Below, piece after piece: positions 48,011 to 58,407 of a DNA stretch of 64,000 bases. The notes under the pieces were generated by a model. The model searched no databases, was not told the DNA's origin, and saw only the letters and a list, made by a program, of their open reading frames with translations. The position numbers and the translations under genes were made by a program. Position 1 is the first letter of the stretch; each line of letters opens with the position of its first letter. The stretch covers positions 128,001-192,000 of the forward strand of contig JBHLOY010000006.1 of assembly GCA_048939995.1 (NCBI GenBank), in the 5' to 3' direction. The DNA is from Promethearchaeota archaeon (GTDB taxonomy: Archaea; Asgardarchaeota; Lokiarchaeia; Sigyniarchaeales; SOKP01).

Positions 48011-48375
48011 TTAATTTAGAGCCTTCTTAATATTATTAAAAAGATTTTCTAGTGTAAATGGCTTACTTTTAAAGCTAGTTACTCAATAGAAAGAATTGCC
48101 TCCTTAATTGTTTGGTCTGTACTAGCAAATCTAACTTTCGGTTTAACCTTAATTGAATTATTAAAAATTTCCTTAGTTGCTTCAATTCCATTTTTACTTA
48201 ACATTCAGTGATCCATAATAATTCTGTCTGGCTTTTCTGAAAAATTCTTATATATACGAACTGCTTCTTCTCCATTCTTGGCTAATCCAATTACTTCATA
48301 TCTCCCTAAACTTAATGCTTTCTCATAAAGAAGTCTCAACAACAAGTCATTCTTTACAATAAACACTCTTGCGAT
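48011..48375 (-). pseudogene. Degraded CheY-like response regulator receiver gene
   Basis: Hand translation IARVFIVKND...AKNGEEAV...KPDRIIMDH*MLSKNGIEATKEI...KPFTLENL. Internal TGA at 48205-48207, a frameshift near 48085, no ATG, and the acidic pocket changed to KND. Confidence 0.8.
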
Positions 48376-48590
48376 ATTTAAAAACCCTTAATTCTCGAAC
48401 CTATATTGTTTTGACAACTATATTAGAAGGCAATCAACCTAAACATTACAAATAATGTTACAAGCTTACTTATTTTATAATTATTTGTTTAGTTTAAATG
48501 CAAGAGATAAATCTTACTTCGAATATTTATATTATATTTAAATTATTTTGAAAATTCTACTTAATAGCTTTTAATTCGAAATAATTAGAA

Positions 48591-49604
48591 ATGAAAATTA
48601 GAATTACGGCTCCATGTAGGATTCATCTTTCATTAATAGATGAGAATGGATATACTGGTAGGGTAGATGGGGGTATCGGATTAATGTTAGACCGGCCTAA
48701 TGTTATCTTTGAGGCGTCTAATAATGCTAAGGAATTCAAAATTGAAGCTCACAAATATTATCGTGAGTCTATTGAGGTTATAAATGAGAAAGCTTCGAAG
48801 GTTTTCAAAGTATTTAATATTAGTAATAAAAATTTTCATTTTCACCTTAAAAGATATTATCCAAGTCATGTAGGCCTGGGCTCAAAAACTCAACTATCCT
48901 TAGCAATTGCTAGTGCTATTATCCTTCTAAAGAAGATTAATAATGTTAAACTAAAGGACTTGACTAAAATTGTAGAACGAGGGGGAACTTCCGGAATTGG
49001 ATGGCGAGGTTTTGAAAAAGGAGGCTTTATCTTAGATGCAGGTCACGATTTTGGTGAAGGAAAAGAAAAAGAAACTTTTTTACCTTCTTCTGCTTCAAAA
49101 AATGCAGAACCTGCTCTTACTCTTTTTAGGCATGATATTCCATCAAATTGGAGATTTATTCTAGTGATACCAAGCGTAGGAAAGGGAGCATATGGAGATG
49201 ATGAAATTGGCATTTTTCAAAATTATGCTCCTATACCAAAAGAAGAAGTTAATGAAGTTTCTCACCAGATTTTAATGAAAGTTATACCTGGTATAATAAA
49301 GCGAGATTTAAAGTGTTTTGGGGAGGGTATAAAAAGGATACAAAACATAGGGTTTAAGAAAATTGAAATAAGCCTTCAACATGATATTGTAAAAGATCTT
49401 TTGAATTATTTTGAAAATTATGGCTTAAAAGCTTATGGAATGTCATCCTTTGGACCTAGTGTTATTGGAATAACTGAATCTGAGTCTGAAGCTAATCTAT
49501 TATTAAAAGAAGTTCAGATTTATCTAAAGGATATTGGAGGTCATATCTATATCTGTAAACCCAATAATTGTGGAGCGAAAATTGAATTTTTAAGTGATGA
49601 TTAA
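48591..49604 (+). CDS. mptG: Beta-ribofuranosylaminobenzene 5'-phosphate synthase
   Basis: PCRIHLSLID, GRVDGGIG, HVGLGSKTQ, RGGTSGIG and GMSSFGP. Confidence 0.9.
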   Translation: MKIRITAPCRIHLSLIDENGYTGRVDGGIGLMLDRPNVIFEASNNAKEFKIEAHKYYRESIEVINEKASKVFKVFNISNKNFHFHLKRYYPSHVGLGSKTQLSLAIASAIILLKKINNVKLKDLTKIVERGGTSGIGWRGFEKGGFILDAGHDFGEGKEKETFLPSSASKNAEPALTLFRHDIPSNWRFILVIPSVGKGAYGDDEIGIFQNYAPIPKEEVNEVSHQILMKVIPGIIKRDLKCFGEGIKRIQNIGFKKIEISLQHDIVKDLLNYFENYGLKAYGMSSFGPSVIGITESESEANLLLKEVQIYLKDIGGHIYICKPNNCGAKIEFLSDD

Positions 49605-49990
49605 TGTCGAAAAATAATTTTAATGAATTTTTTCCTTCAGATCTTTCTGAAAGAGAAAGAGCTTGCTTCGAAATAGGTATAAAGCTTGGAGCACTCTATC
49701 ATATTTTATGTGGAATTCCTATATCTTCAAATAAAGATATTATCGCCTCTATTGAAAGAGGGATAGAAGCTTCTATCTCTTGTCAACCTTATGCTAAAAA
49801 AGTTAAAATAAATCTTGATAGAAGTAAAATTATTGGAGATAAATCAACTGAATTTGCTTATGATGAAATATCTGGTAAAGTAATTGAAGCTGAAGTTGAG
49901 CTTCAATATGAAGCAGTAAATATAATAGCAAAAGTTGAATGGATTGAAGATTTAAAATATCCTCTTATGTATATTGAAAAAATAAGTTAA
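49604..49990 (+). CDS. mptD: Archaeal dihydroneopterin aldolase
   Basis: ERACFEIGIKLGALYH, QPY and YPLMYI. Confidence 0.85.
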   Translation: MSKNNFNEFFPSDLSERERACFEIGIKLGALYHILCGIPISSNKDIIASIERGIEASISCQPYAKKVKINLDRSKIIGDKSTEFAYDEISGKVIEAEVELQYEAVNIIAKVEWIEDLKYPLMYIEKIS

Positions 49991-49995
49991 AGAAT

Positions 49996-50700
49996 TTATC
50001 TTAGATTTTGGATATAATTCTCTATAAGTTCCACACTTTTAAGAGCATCCTGATTTTTACCAAATCTTTTTATGGTTTTGATAGTTTCTTCAATCCTCTT
50101 CTGGTACTTAGTTATTAAAAACTCTTTTTTCGTTTCAAAAGCAGTTTTCAATCTTGTGGTAAGAATAATCGTTTCTAAAGTCAAATTCTCGGCTCTATTA
50201 AAGAATTTGTATGATTCTTTTAATTTGTAGCTTACAAGTCTTCTTAGCATAAATTCTGATAATTTAACTTCTCCAAATTCATCTTTTTTTATAAAATGCA
50301 ATTCATTAATTAACTCACAAACTATTATTAGCCATGCTTGTTTAATAAAGGGAAATTTTCTCGTATAAGGTTTATTTTCTCTCTTTAAATTATAGTAGTC
50401 ATAATATTTATTCGGAAAAATTCTAAGCTCTTCAGAAAGAAAATATCCCTTTAATGCAGCTAATGCGTATAAATAGACATTCTCCACAAAGTTAATACAA
50501 ATAAGACCAGTTTCTTTTAAATTCTTGTAAGTAGTCGTATTAGGATACGGAATTATACTTATGGTCTCCTTATCTTTTATCCTAATTCCCATACATGATG
50601 TATTAGGTATTATTTCCTCTTTATTTTTAGAGAAGGTTGTAGCTAAAGTCTCATATAAATATCCTTCTTTAATACCATATTCTAGAAAGTTTGTTGTCAT
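49996..50700 (-). CDS. DUF447-like protein (methanopterin-associated)
   Basis: ETLATT, PNTSCMGI, TTYKNL and FNRAENLTLE; located in the methanopterin cluster. Confidence 0.7.
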   Translation of the reverse strand: MTTNFLEYGIKEGYLYETLATTFSKNKEEIIPNTSCMGIRIKDKETISIIPYPNTTTYKNLKETGLICINFVENVYLYALAALKGYFLSEELRIFPNKYYDYYNLKRENKPYTRKFPFIKQAWLIIVCELINELHFIKKDEFGEVKLSEFMLRRLVSYKLKESYKFFNRAENLTLETIILTTRLKTAFETKKEFLITKYQKRIEETIKTIKRFGKNQDALKSVELIENYIQNLR

Positions 50701-50775
50701 AAGATCCTAAAACTGGAATTGATTTTATTCCTTCTCTAAAGTCTATAATCATTTAGAAATAAAATTTTGTATACT

Positions 50776-51312
50776 TTATTTAAGTCGTTGTTCGGATAAT
50801 TTGAGATGATCGGTTTCTACTTCTACAAAGGCTTCAAAAATTTCTTTTATACGAGGATTTGAAGATTTTACTGCGGCTTCATTATAAAATTTTATAGCTC
50901 GCTCCTCCCTAGAATGCGATTCTTCTAAGTTTGGTGTATATTCAGAAGAACAAGCGTCATATTCGGGAAATTCAACCTTATCCAACCTTAAAATTTTCTT
51001 CCATACTGAGGCATGCTCATTTTCTACTTTTGATAAGATTTTAAATAGTTTTTGGCCTTCAAGATCTGGGGTCTTTTTACTTGCGCATTTATAGAAGATG
51101 GTGTTTGATATTTCAACTTCTAAAGCTTTTTCTGCATAAAGACGATCCTCTTCATTTAGATCTACATCCCAATCACCTTTATCATCATAATTCTCAGCCT
51201 TAACCATATATCTTTTATAAGCTCCACAGAAAGGACAACGGCTGGGGCTTTCCTTTCCAATATAGGCTTCTCCACAGATTTTACAAACAAAAATATTTAT
51301 TACAGTAATCAT
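50776..51312 (-). CDS. Rubrerythrin-like protein (N-terminal rubredoxin knuckles, ferritin-like domain)
   Basis: CKICG...CPFCGA and ExxH motifs (ENEH, ETDH). Confidence 0.88.
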   Translation of the reverse strand: MITVINIFVCKICGEAYIGKESPSRCPFCGAYKRYMVKAENYDDKGDWDVDLNEEDRLYAEKALEVEISNTIFYKCASKKTPDLEGQKLFKILSKVENEHASVWKKILRLDKVEFPEYDACSSEYTPNLEESHSREERAIKFYNEAAVKSSNPRIKEIFEAFVEVETDHLKLSEQRLK

Positions 51313-51496
51313 TTACACCTCACTTTTTTAAGGTTAATTAAATTCCATTTGATTTAAATTTTGAGAATAATTTCTTTTATATTTTTTAAAGGATTAACTT
51401 AGTACTATTAATTTATAGTTATAAACTAGTAAATATAAAAAGAATTATTGTACTTTCATATATAGTTAATTTCAAAAATATCTGTTCTTTGATAGA

Positions 51497-52594
51497 ATGA
51501 AAAATGAGAATAATCTGATAACTTTAGGCGTAGATCCGGGAACGCTCAGCTGGGATTTCTTTGGCTTAGAGGGAAATGATATTATATTAGATTCATCAAT
51601 ACCTACTAAAGAATTAATTAAAGATCCTCAAAAGGTAATCTCATTAGTAAAATCTATAGAAAACATAGACTTAATGGTAGCTCCCAGTGGCTTTGGTCTT
51701 CCTTTAAAGAATGTATGCGATTTAACCGAGAAGGATATTTTTTTTACTCTGTTAAAGTTTGATAAAGAAGAAAAAAATAAATTGATCGGGTTAGGAGAAG
51801 TTTTACGCTTAATCAAATCTGCAAACATTCCTGGCGTAATTGTTCCAGGAGTTAAACATTTACCAACAATTCCACGATATAGGAAAATCAATAAGATTGA
51901 TATGGGAACAGCAGATAAACTATGTACAGCGGTTACAGGTATTAGAGATCAAATGGAGAGATTTGATATTCCTCCTGAAGGTACTAACTTTATAATGGTT
52001 GATATTGGTTATGGGTTTACTGCCGTGTTAGCGATTGAGGATGGTCAAATTATTGATGGCATTGGAGGATCAAATATTATGGGATTTAGAGCATGCGGAA
52101 GTCTTGATGGAGAATTAGCGTACTTAATTAAAACTATTAAGAAAAAAAATATTTACAAAGGTGGGGTCTCATATATCGCGGGATACGAAGATCTAAGCTT
52201 AGAAGAAATATCTTTATTAGCTAGAAGAGATGAGCAAACTGATGTTGCACTTAATGCCTATCTCTCTAGTGTAAAGAAATCTACGTACGCGATATCATCA
52301 TCTTTCTCTAGAAAATCTAAGATAAAGGAAGTTCTTATCGCTGGGCGTGGCACAGATTTAAGGAGTTTGAAAGAGAAGATAATTAGAAATCTTAGTGATG
52401 TTGCTCCAGTTAAATTAATGAAGTCATATAGTCATTTATCTAAACATGCCGCCCAAGGTGCAGCTTTCATAGCCAATGGATTGTTAGGAGGAAAATTTAA
52501 ACCGATAATTGATAACTTAAAGATAAAGGAAGCCACTGGTTCAATATTAGATGATATTTATATTCCATTTGATAAAAAGAAATTCATTGAGTGA
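51497..52594 (+). CDS. DUF1464-like ASKHA-fold protein
   Basis: GVDPGTLSWD, APSGFGLP, NKIDMGTADK and GSLDGELAY. Confidence 0.78.
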   Translation: MKNENNLITLGVDPGTLSWDFFGLEGNDIILDSSIPTKELIKDPQKVISLVKSIENIDLMVAPSGFGLPLKNVCDLTEKDIFFTLLKFDKEEKNKLIGLGEVLRLIKSANIPGVIVPGVKHLPTIPRYRKINKIDMGTADKLCTAVTGIRDQMERFDIPPEGTNFIMVDIGYGFTAVLAIEDGQIIDGIGGSNIMGFRACGSLDGELAYLIKTIKKKNIYKGGVSYIAGYEDLSLEEISLLARRDEQTDVALNAYLSSVKKSTYAISSSFSRKSKIKEVLIAGRGTDLRSLKEKIIRNLSDVAPVKLMKSYSHLSKHAAQGAAFIANGLLGGKFKPIIDNLKIKEATGSILDDIYIPFDKKKFIE

Positions 52595-54174
52595 TAAAAA
52601 TTCGTAAAATACTAATTATAACTGGTATAAACAGTTATCCAATTATAAAGAAAATTGCTCAATCAATAAAGAATTGTGAAATTGAAGTTTATAGAGCTCA
52701 AATTTCAGTATCTGCGTTTATATCAGAGGAAATTGTTCGTAAAATACTTAATGAAATCCAAATAACTGACTTTGATTTAATTTTGCTCCCTGGATTTATC
52801 CAATGGAATACTACTGCTTTAGAACAAAAATATGAAATCAAAATAAGAAAAGGTCCAGAATTTGCTTCAGATTTAGACATAATATTGAAAAATTTAGACA
52901 CAATAGATTTATCAAATAAGATTCCCGCTAATAAGCTTATTGAGATTTCTGGCGAGAAAGATTTTCAAGAATACGTAAAAGAGCAATATGAGATTGCTAG
53001 AAAGAATATTACTGTTCATACATTTTATATTAATCAAGAAAATTCAGATTTAATGGTGGGTCGTAATTTACCTCCTCCTCTGATTGCCGAAATTGTAAAT
53101 TGCCCTGAAAAAAGTGATAAAAATATCCTCCAAAAAGTGAAACATTATATAGAATCTGGTGCTGATATAATAGATATTGGATGCGTTTCAAATAAACCAA
53201 ATCCTAGTAGGATAAAACAAATAATTAAACTTATCAGAAAAAACTTCAACGTATTAATAAGTATTGATTCAATGGTAAAGAATGAGATTTTTGCAGCAGT
53301 TGAAGAGGGTGTTGATATGATTCTTAGTCTTGACGCTGGAAATTATAAGCAATGCCTTAGTCTGCCGAAAGATATCCCAATAGTGATCCTACCCACAAAC
53401 ATTAACGCAGCTTGCTTTCCAAAAGATCCAGTCACAAGAGTGAAAAAGTTATTCGAACTTACAGATAACCTTAAAAGTAATGGTTTCAGTAAGCTTATCG
53501 CAGATCCTCTACTAGAAACACCTATTTCTCCTGGAATTTGCCCCTCTTTAGAGACATATTTTTGCTATAAAAAGAAGGTAGCTGAAGAAAATTACAAGAA
53601 ATTTGAACTCCCAATGTTCTTTGGCATTTCAAACGTTGTAGAATTGATGGATGTCGATTCAGTGGGAATTAATGGCCTCTTAGCTAGCATTGCGATTGAA
53701 CTGGATGTAGGAATAGTTTTTACAGTTGAACATAGCAGTAAACTTATGGGAGGTGTAAAAGAATTGAAGGATTCAATCAAATTAAATTATCTTGCAAAGT
53801 CTAAAAAAACCCCACCAATAAATTTAGGTCTTGAAATTTTCAGGGCAAAAAAGAAAAAGTCTCAAAAATCACCCATTATCGATGAAAAGAACGCAATTAT
53901 TCTAGAAGGCCAAAACCAAGATTATGTCCCTGATAAGAAAGGATATTTTAGAATCTATATTAATCATTATTCAAAGAAATTATATGTAATGTTCTATACA
54001 TGTGAGCATAAACTACTTTATACTTTCATAGGGGAAAATGGAGAAACTATATGCAAACGAATAATTCAAACTAATTTAACAAGTAATATTTATCATCTAA
54101 ATTATCTTGGGAGAGAACTAAATAAAGCAGAATTATGCTTAAATTCTGGAAAAGCTTATATTCAAGATGAATGA
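52591..54174 (+). CDS. Dihydropteroate synthase-like protein (methanopterin pathway-associated)
   Basis: IAEIV, SGADIIDIG, ISIDS, IADPLL, FFGISNVVELMDVDSVGIN and C-terminal YLGRELNKAE...YIQD. Confidence 0.85.
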   Translation: MIKIRKILIITGINSYPIIKKIAQSIKNCEIEVYRAQISVSAFISEEIVRKILNEIQITDFDLILLPGFIQWNTTALEQKYEIKIRKGPEFASDLDIILKNLDTIDLSNKIPANKLIEISGEKDFQEYVKEQYEIARKNITVHTFYINQENSDLMVGRNLPPPLIAEIVNCPEKSDKNILQKVKHYIESGADIIDIGCVSNKPNPSRIKQIIKLIRKNFNVLISIDSMVKNEIFAAVEEGVDMILSLDAGNYKQCLSLPKDIPIVILPTNINAACFPKDPVTRVKKLFELTDNLKSNGFSKLIADPLLETPISPGICPSLETYFCYKKKVAEENYKKFELPMFFGISNVVELMDVDSVGINGLLASIAIELDVGIVFTVEHSSKLMGGVKELKDSIKLNYLAKSKKTPPINLGLEIFRAKKKKSQKSPIIDEKNAIILEGQNQDYVPDKKGYFRIYINHYSKKLYVMFYTCEHKLLYTFIGENGETICKRIIQTNLTSNIYHLNYLGRELNKAELCLNSGKAYIQDE

Positions 54175-54326
54175 TTGCTGCATTATATTGTAGATAATTT
54201 TTCTTTCTGATTGCTTAGGTTTTGAATTTTTAATAAATTAGCTAAACCAGACAGTTTTAAATTAGAGAGACTCATATTACTAAACATATCCAAAAATTAA
54301 TATTTATCATTTAAAATTGGTTAATT

Positions 54327-56189
54327 ATGATTCCAAAAAGAATGGATGTTTTCTTAAAAGAAAATCTACCTGAAGCGACCCTTAAAACTCGACTCAAAAA
54401 GGAAGATGGAAAATGTTATCTAGAATTCAGTAATCTAGATGTCCACCTTCTTTCACGTTTAGGAATCATCGCTGACAAAGTTGGTCCTAAACTTGTAAGC
54501 TGTATGTGGGATGAAGAATCCTCCTTGGAAATTGGTGGTTATTTAGTAGTTGATTCTCTTTCAATGGGTATCCCTTCAATGGGTGGAATAAGAATGCTTC
54601 AAGATATAACACCTTCAGATATCTATAACTTGGCTCGTGGTATGACTCTTAAAAATGCCGCTGCCAACCTTCCATACGGAGGTGGCAAATCTGGTATAGT
54701 TGCTGAAAGAGAGATATCCCAACAAACACATGATAAAATAATCAAGGGGTTTGCTAGCCTAATTCGGCGGTATAAAAGCATATATGTCCCAGGACCCGAT
54801 GTAGGTACCAATGATTCTGATATGAAGGCTATAGCTATTGAAAACGGATTAGATAGTGCAGTATCAAAACCAGCAGATATGGGAGGGAATCGTATTGATG
54901 AACTTGGAGCAGCAGCAGGAGGTGTAATAACTGCTCTACAAACATTGTTAGAAATAATGCCAAGGTTACGTGTGCTTCCTCAGTTCGCGAATTTAGAAAT
55001 TCCAAAATTGGAAAAACTCACAGTTTTGATTCAAGGGTTTGGAGCGGTAGGTGCTCATGCTTCGCGCATACTGAAAGAAAGAATACCATTAGCCAAGATT
55101 ATTGGAATTAGTGATCTAGAAGGATATCTATATAATGAATCAGGTTTACCAATCGAAGAACTTTTTAACTTATGGAAAGAAAAAGGGCTTGTCACCAATA
55201 AATATTTTGAAAATGAGATTCTATCTGAAGGATATAAACACCCAACAAAATTCTCTACAAATCCAAACAATTTATTACTCGAAAATGCTTTTTGCTTAAT
55301 ACCTGCTACCCCTATATTTAATTACCTTGGCGTATGGCAATCAGAAAATCCTTCAATGTTAGTAGAGAGAATGGGAAACTGGGCAGTAATTGTTGAGGGC
55401 GCAAATACTTATTCTCCAGATCCGAATAGAAAAGCTGCGAGGATACGTATGGAACAAATCGTATATCGAGAGAAAGGTGTTATGATAGCAAATGACTATT
55501 TAGTAAACTCTGGTGGAGTAATCTTTGCAGCCCAAGAACATGCAATCAAAACTCCAGATCATCTTCAAATACCTGAAAAATATCTTGGAAACCGTGAAGC
55601 CGTAGATCAGTGGTTATTGGATCATGAAAATGAATTTGCAGAATTATCTAAGAATCGTCTAATCGCTGGTGAGTCCTACAGAAAGGATGTAATTAGCGAT
55701 AATATGATTGAATTAGTAGATTTATTATCAAATAGTCCAGATATGCTTCCCTGTGTCGCTGCAGAAAGAATTAGCATTCAAAGATTGACAGCAAAAGAAA
55801 GAAAACGAATGGCTAAAGATATCATGGTACCAATACCGACTATTGAGGTGGGGTGTAGTATTCAAGAGGCAGCTGCTTTAATGATTGAAAAAAACAGTGG
55901 AATAATTGCTGTTATTTCTAAGAGTAAACTGGTTGGGGTTGTTACAGACTGGGATATTACAAAATCTACAGCAGAAGGAATGCACAATATATCACTTGAG
56001 AAAATTATGACCAAAGACGTTATCAGTGCCTTGCCCGAATTCACAATTTTGGATATTATTCGAGAACTAGAGCAATATCAAATATCTGCAATGCCCGTTG
56101 TTAAAGACGGCGAAGTTTTGGGGAAAGTTAGTTCAGACTTAATAGCACAGCGTTACTTTTTAAATTATTTACAAGATCGCGAACTTTAG
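54327..56189 (+). CDS. Glu/Leu/Phe/Val dehydrogenase fused to a C-terminal CBS pair
   Basis: GGIRM, LARGMTLK, GGGKSG, PGPDVGT, IQGFGAVG, VEGAN and NSGGV; CBS motifs LVGVVTDWD and MPVV. Confidence 0.88.
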   Translation: MIPKRMDVFLKENLPEATLKTRLKKEDGKCYLEFSNLDVHLLSRLGIIADKVGPKLVSCMWDEESSLEIGGYLVVDSLSMGIPSMGGIRMLQDITPSDIYNLARGMTLKNAAANLPYGGGKSGIVAEREISQQTHDKIIKGFASLIRRYKSIYVPGPDVGTNDSDMKAIAIENGLDSAVSKPADMGGNRIDELGAAAGGVITALQTLLEIMPRLRVLPQFANLEIPKLEKLTVLIQGFGAVGAHASRILKERIPLAKIIGISDLEGYLYNESGLPIEELFNLWKEKGLVTNKYFENEILSEGYKHPTKFSTNPNNLLLENAFCLIPATPIFNYLGVWQSENPSMLVERMGNWAVIVEGANTYSPDPNRKAARIRMEQIVYREKGVMIANDYLVNSGGVIFAAQEHAIKTPDHLQIPEKYLGNREAVDQWLLDHENEFAELSKNRLIAGESYRKDVISDNMIELVDLLSNSPDMLPCVAAERISIQRLTAKERKRMAKDIMVPIPTIEVGCSIQEAAALMIEKNSGIIAVISKSKLVGVVTDWDITKSTAEGMHNISLEKIMTKDVISALPEFTILDIIRELEQYQISAMPVVKDGEVLGKVSSDLIAQRYFLNYLQDREL

Positions 56190-57310
56190 AAGTAGTTTAT
56201 GATATTATATAATGTGTCTCTCTGAGCTGGTTTTTTTCCAGCATCTTTTATGATTTTAATAATTTCTTCTGCAGATAGATACTCTCCAAATTCAGCACCG
56301 GCACTTTTAGAAATATTTTCTTCCATTAAAGTTCCCGAAAAATCATTTACTCCATAATTAAGAGATACTTGTGCAAATTTTGGCCCTAACTTGACCCATG
56401 AACACTGGATGTTATCAATATAATTATTAAAAAATATCCTTGCAACACTGAATAACTTTAAGTCTGCCATTCCATAACTTGGTTTCAATGGAAAATCTTT
56501 TAATCTTGACAATAAGGGTTTTTCTTTGACAAAAGGTAAGGGAACAAATTCAGTAAAACCATGAGTCTCTTGTTGGATATTCCTAATTATTTCTAAATGG
56601 GCGATCCTATCTTCTAAATCCTCAATATGACCATACATCATCGTCGATGTTGTTGGGATCCCTACCTTATGAGCTGTAGATATCACCTCTACCCATTTAG
56701 AGGTATTCAGTTTGTTTGGGCATATGATTTTTCTTATTTCGTCCACTAAAATTTCTGCTGCGGTGCCAGGAATAGAATCTAATCCACTGGCTTTTAAGTA
56801 TTTCAAAGTATTTTCAATTGAATTCCCAGATAATTTTGAGATATAATATATCTCTTGAGGGGAGAATGCATGTATGTGCATTTTGGGATTTACATCTTTT
56901 ACAGCTTTTAATAAATCTAAATAATAATCGAATTTTAACTTAGGGTGTATACCTCCTTGAATACAAACTTCAGAGCAATTATTATTATTCGCTTCTTTCA
57001 CTTTTTCTTTTATCTCTTCAATACTTAATAAAAAACCTTCTTTACTGGTGATAGGAACACTGAATGTACAAAATTTACAACCTTGATGACAAATGTTTGT
57101 AAAATTTATATTTCGATTTATAACAAATGTCACAATATCTCGTCTCTTCTCAAAACAAATAGTGTCTGCTGTATTTTGAAGCGCAATAAACTCTTTTCCA
57201 CTCACTTTTAAAAGTTGTAATGCTTCCTGTGGGGAGATTTCCTCAGAATCAAGAGCTTTCTCTAATATCAATTTGATATCAGGTCTAATTTGATTGTATA
57301 TCTGCAACAT
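56186..57310 (-). CDS. cofH: FO synthase subunit 2
   Basis: NRNINFTNICHQGCKFC, PGTAAEIL, GFTEFVPLPF, NIQCSWVKLG and GTLMEENIS. Confidence 0.92.
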   Translation of the reverse strand: MLQIYNQIRPDIKLILEKALDSEEISPQEALQLLKVSGKEFIALQNTADTICFEKRRDIVTFVINRNINFTNICHQGCKFCTFSVPITSKEGFLLSIEEIKEKVKEANNNNCSEVCIQGGIHPKLKFDYYLDLLKAVKDVNPKMHIHAFSPQEIYYISKLSGNSIENTLKYLKASGLDSIPGTAAEILVDEIRKIICPNKLNTSKWVEVISTAHKVGIPTTSTMMYGHIEDLEDRIAHLEIIRNIQQETHGFTEFVPLPFVKEKPLLSRLKDFPLKPSYGMADLKLFSVARIFFNNYIDNIQCSWVKLGPKFAQVSLNYGVNDFSGTLMEENISKSAGAEFGEYLSAEEIIKIIKDAGKKPAQRDTLYNIINYF

Positions 57311-58406
57311 CTAAATTTATATTATCTACAATTTTTTTAATACTTACTGGGCAGGATTCGGAATTTTTTATATATTTAGGATAAATAGCAAGTCTTTCTT
57401 TCAATTCGTAGCCTAATGAGCTGCATATAGTTCTTAACTTATCAATTTTAGGCCAAGGCTGATCTGGATTAATATAATCAATGCTAAATGGAGATAATCC
57501 CCCAAAATCATCAATCCCTAATTCAATTGCATCTTTTTCATAACCTTGAATCAAATTGGGTGGAACTTGTATCGCAATTTCATTTTTAAATATTAATTTA
57601 GCTATACCAGCTGTTCTTAAGGTTTCTGTTATAGATATTGGTTGTTTTGGATGATATTGAATCTCTTTTTTTACCACAAAATTCTGTATTATAACTTCTT
57701 GAATATGCCCGTATTCATCATGTATATCTTTAATTAAAAGGAGGTCATTAATTCTATCTCTGAGGCTCTCACCAATACCTAACAATAAACCAGTAGTAAA
57801 TGGAATTTTCAATTTACCAGCATTCTTTATATGTTCGATTCTTTTATCTGGTAGCTTTCCGGGAGAAAATTCATGAACTGCTCCCTTCTTGAACAGTTTA
57901 CTACTACTGCTTTCAAGCATGAGACCCATACTTGCATTAGAATTCTTCAATCTCCGCAATTCTTCAAATGTGAGCACTCCGATATTCGTATGAGGCAATA
58001 GATTATAATTTAAAAGATATGAGCAAGTTTTAATAACAAATTCTATATAATCATTACATTTTCTACTTTCTAATTCTTTTTTAACCTCATAGAAGCTATC
58101 TGGTCTTTCTCCAGACATTAATAATGCTTCCTTACAATCAAACTCAATTGCCTTTTGAATTAAACCATTCATTTGATCACTTTCTAAAAGAGTAGTATTA
58201 TCAAATCCATCTAATTTAGGAACCTTATAATGATAATAACAATACCTACATTGATTTTGACAGTAATTTGATAACGATAGAGTGAAGTTTTTTGAATAAG
58301 TAATAATATTTTGCTTCTCAGTGGGTAATGAAGTTTTAATCTTTCTCACTAATTTTTTGATCTTTTGGATTGATAAATTTTTATAGGAATTAATATAATC
58401 ACTCAT
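57285..58406 (-). CDS. cofG: FO synthase subunit 1
   Basis: ITYSKN, CQNQCRYC, LPHTNIG, SMGLMLES, PFTTGLLLGIGE, QEVIIQNF and QVPPNL. Confidence 0.92.
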   Translation of the reverse strand: MSDYINSYKNLSIQKIKKLVRKIKTSLPTEKQNIITYSKNFTLSLSNYCQNQCRYCYYHYKVPKLDGFDNTTLLESDQMNGLIQKAIEFDCKEALLMSGERPDSFYEVKKELESRKCNDYIEFVIKTCSYLLNYNLLPHTNIGVLTFEELRRLKNSNASMGLMLESSSSKLFKKGAVHEFSPGKLPDKRIEHIKNAGKLKIPFTTGLLLGIGESLRDRINDLLLIKDIHDEYGHIQEVIIQNFVVKKEIQYHPKQPISITETLRTAGIAKLIFKNEIAIQVPPNLIQGYEKDAIELGIDDFGGLSPFSIDYINPDQPWPKIDKLRTICSSLGYELKERLAIYPKYIKNSESCPVSIKKIVDNINLDVADIQSN

Positions 58407-58407
58407 T

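Noticed and set aside
48205-48207. TGA in the receiver-domain relic as recoding
   Set aside because: It is accompanied by a frameshift and loss of other conserved residues, so simple decay (probably CGA to TGA) is more likely.
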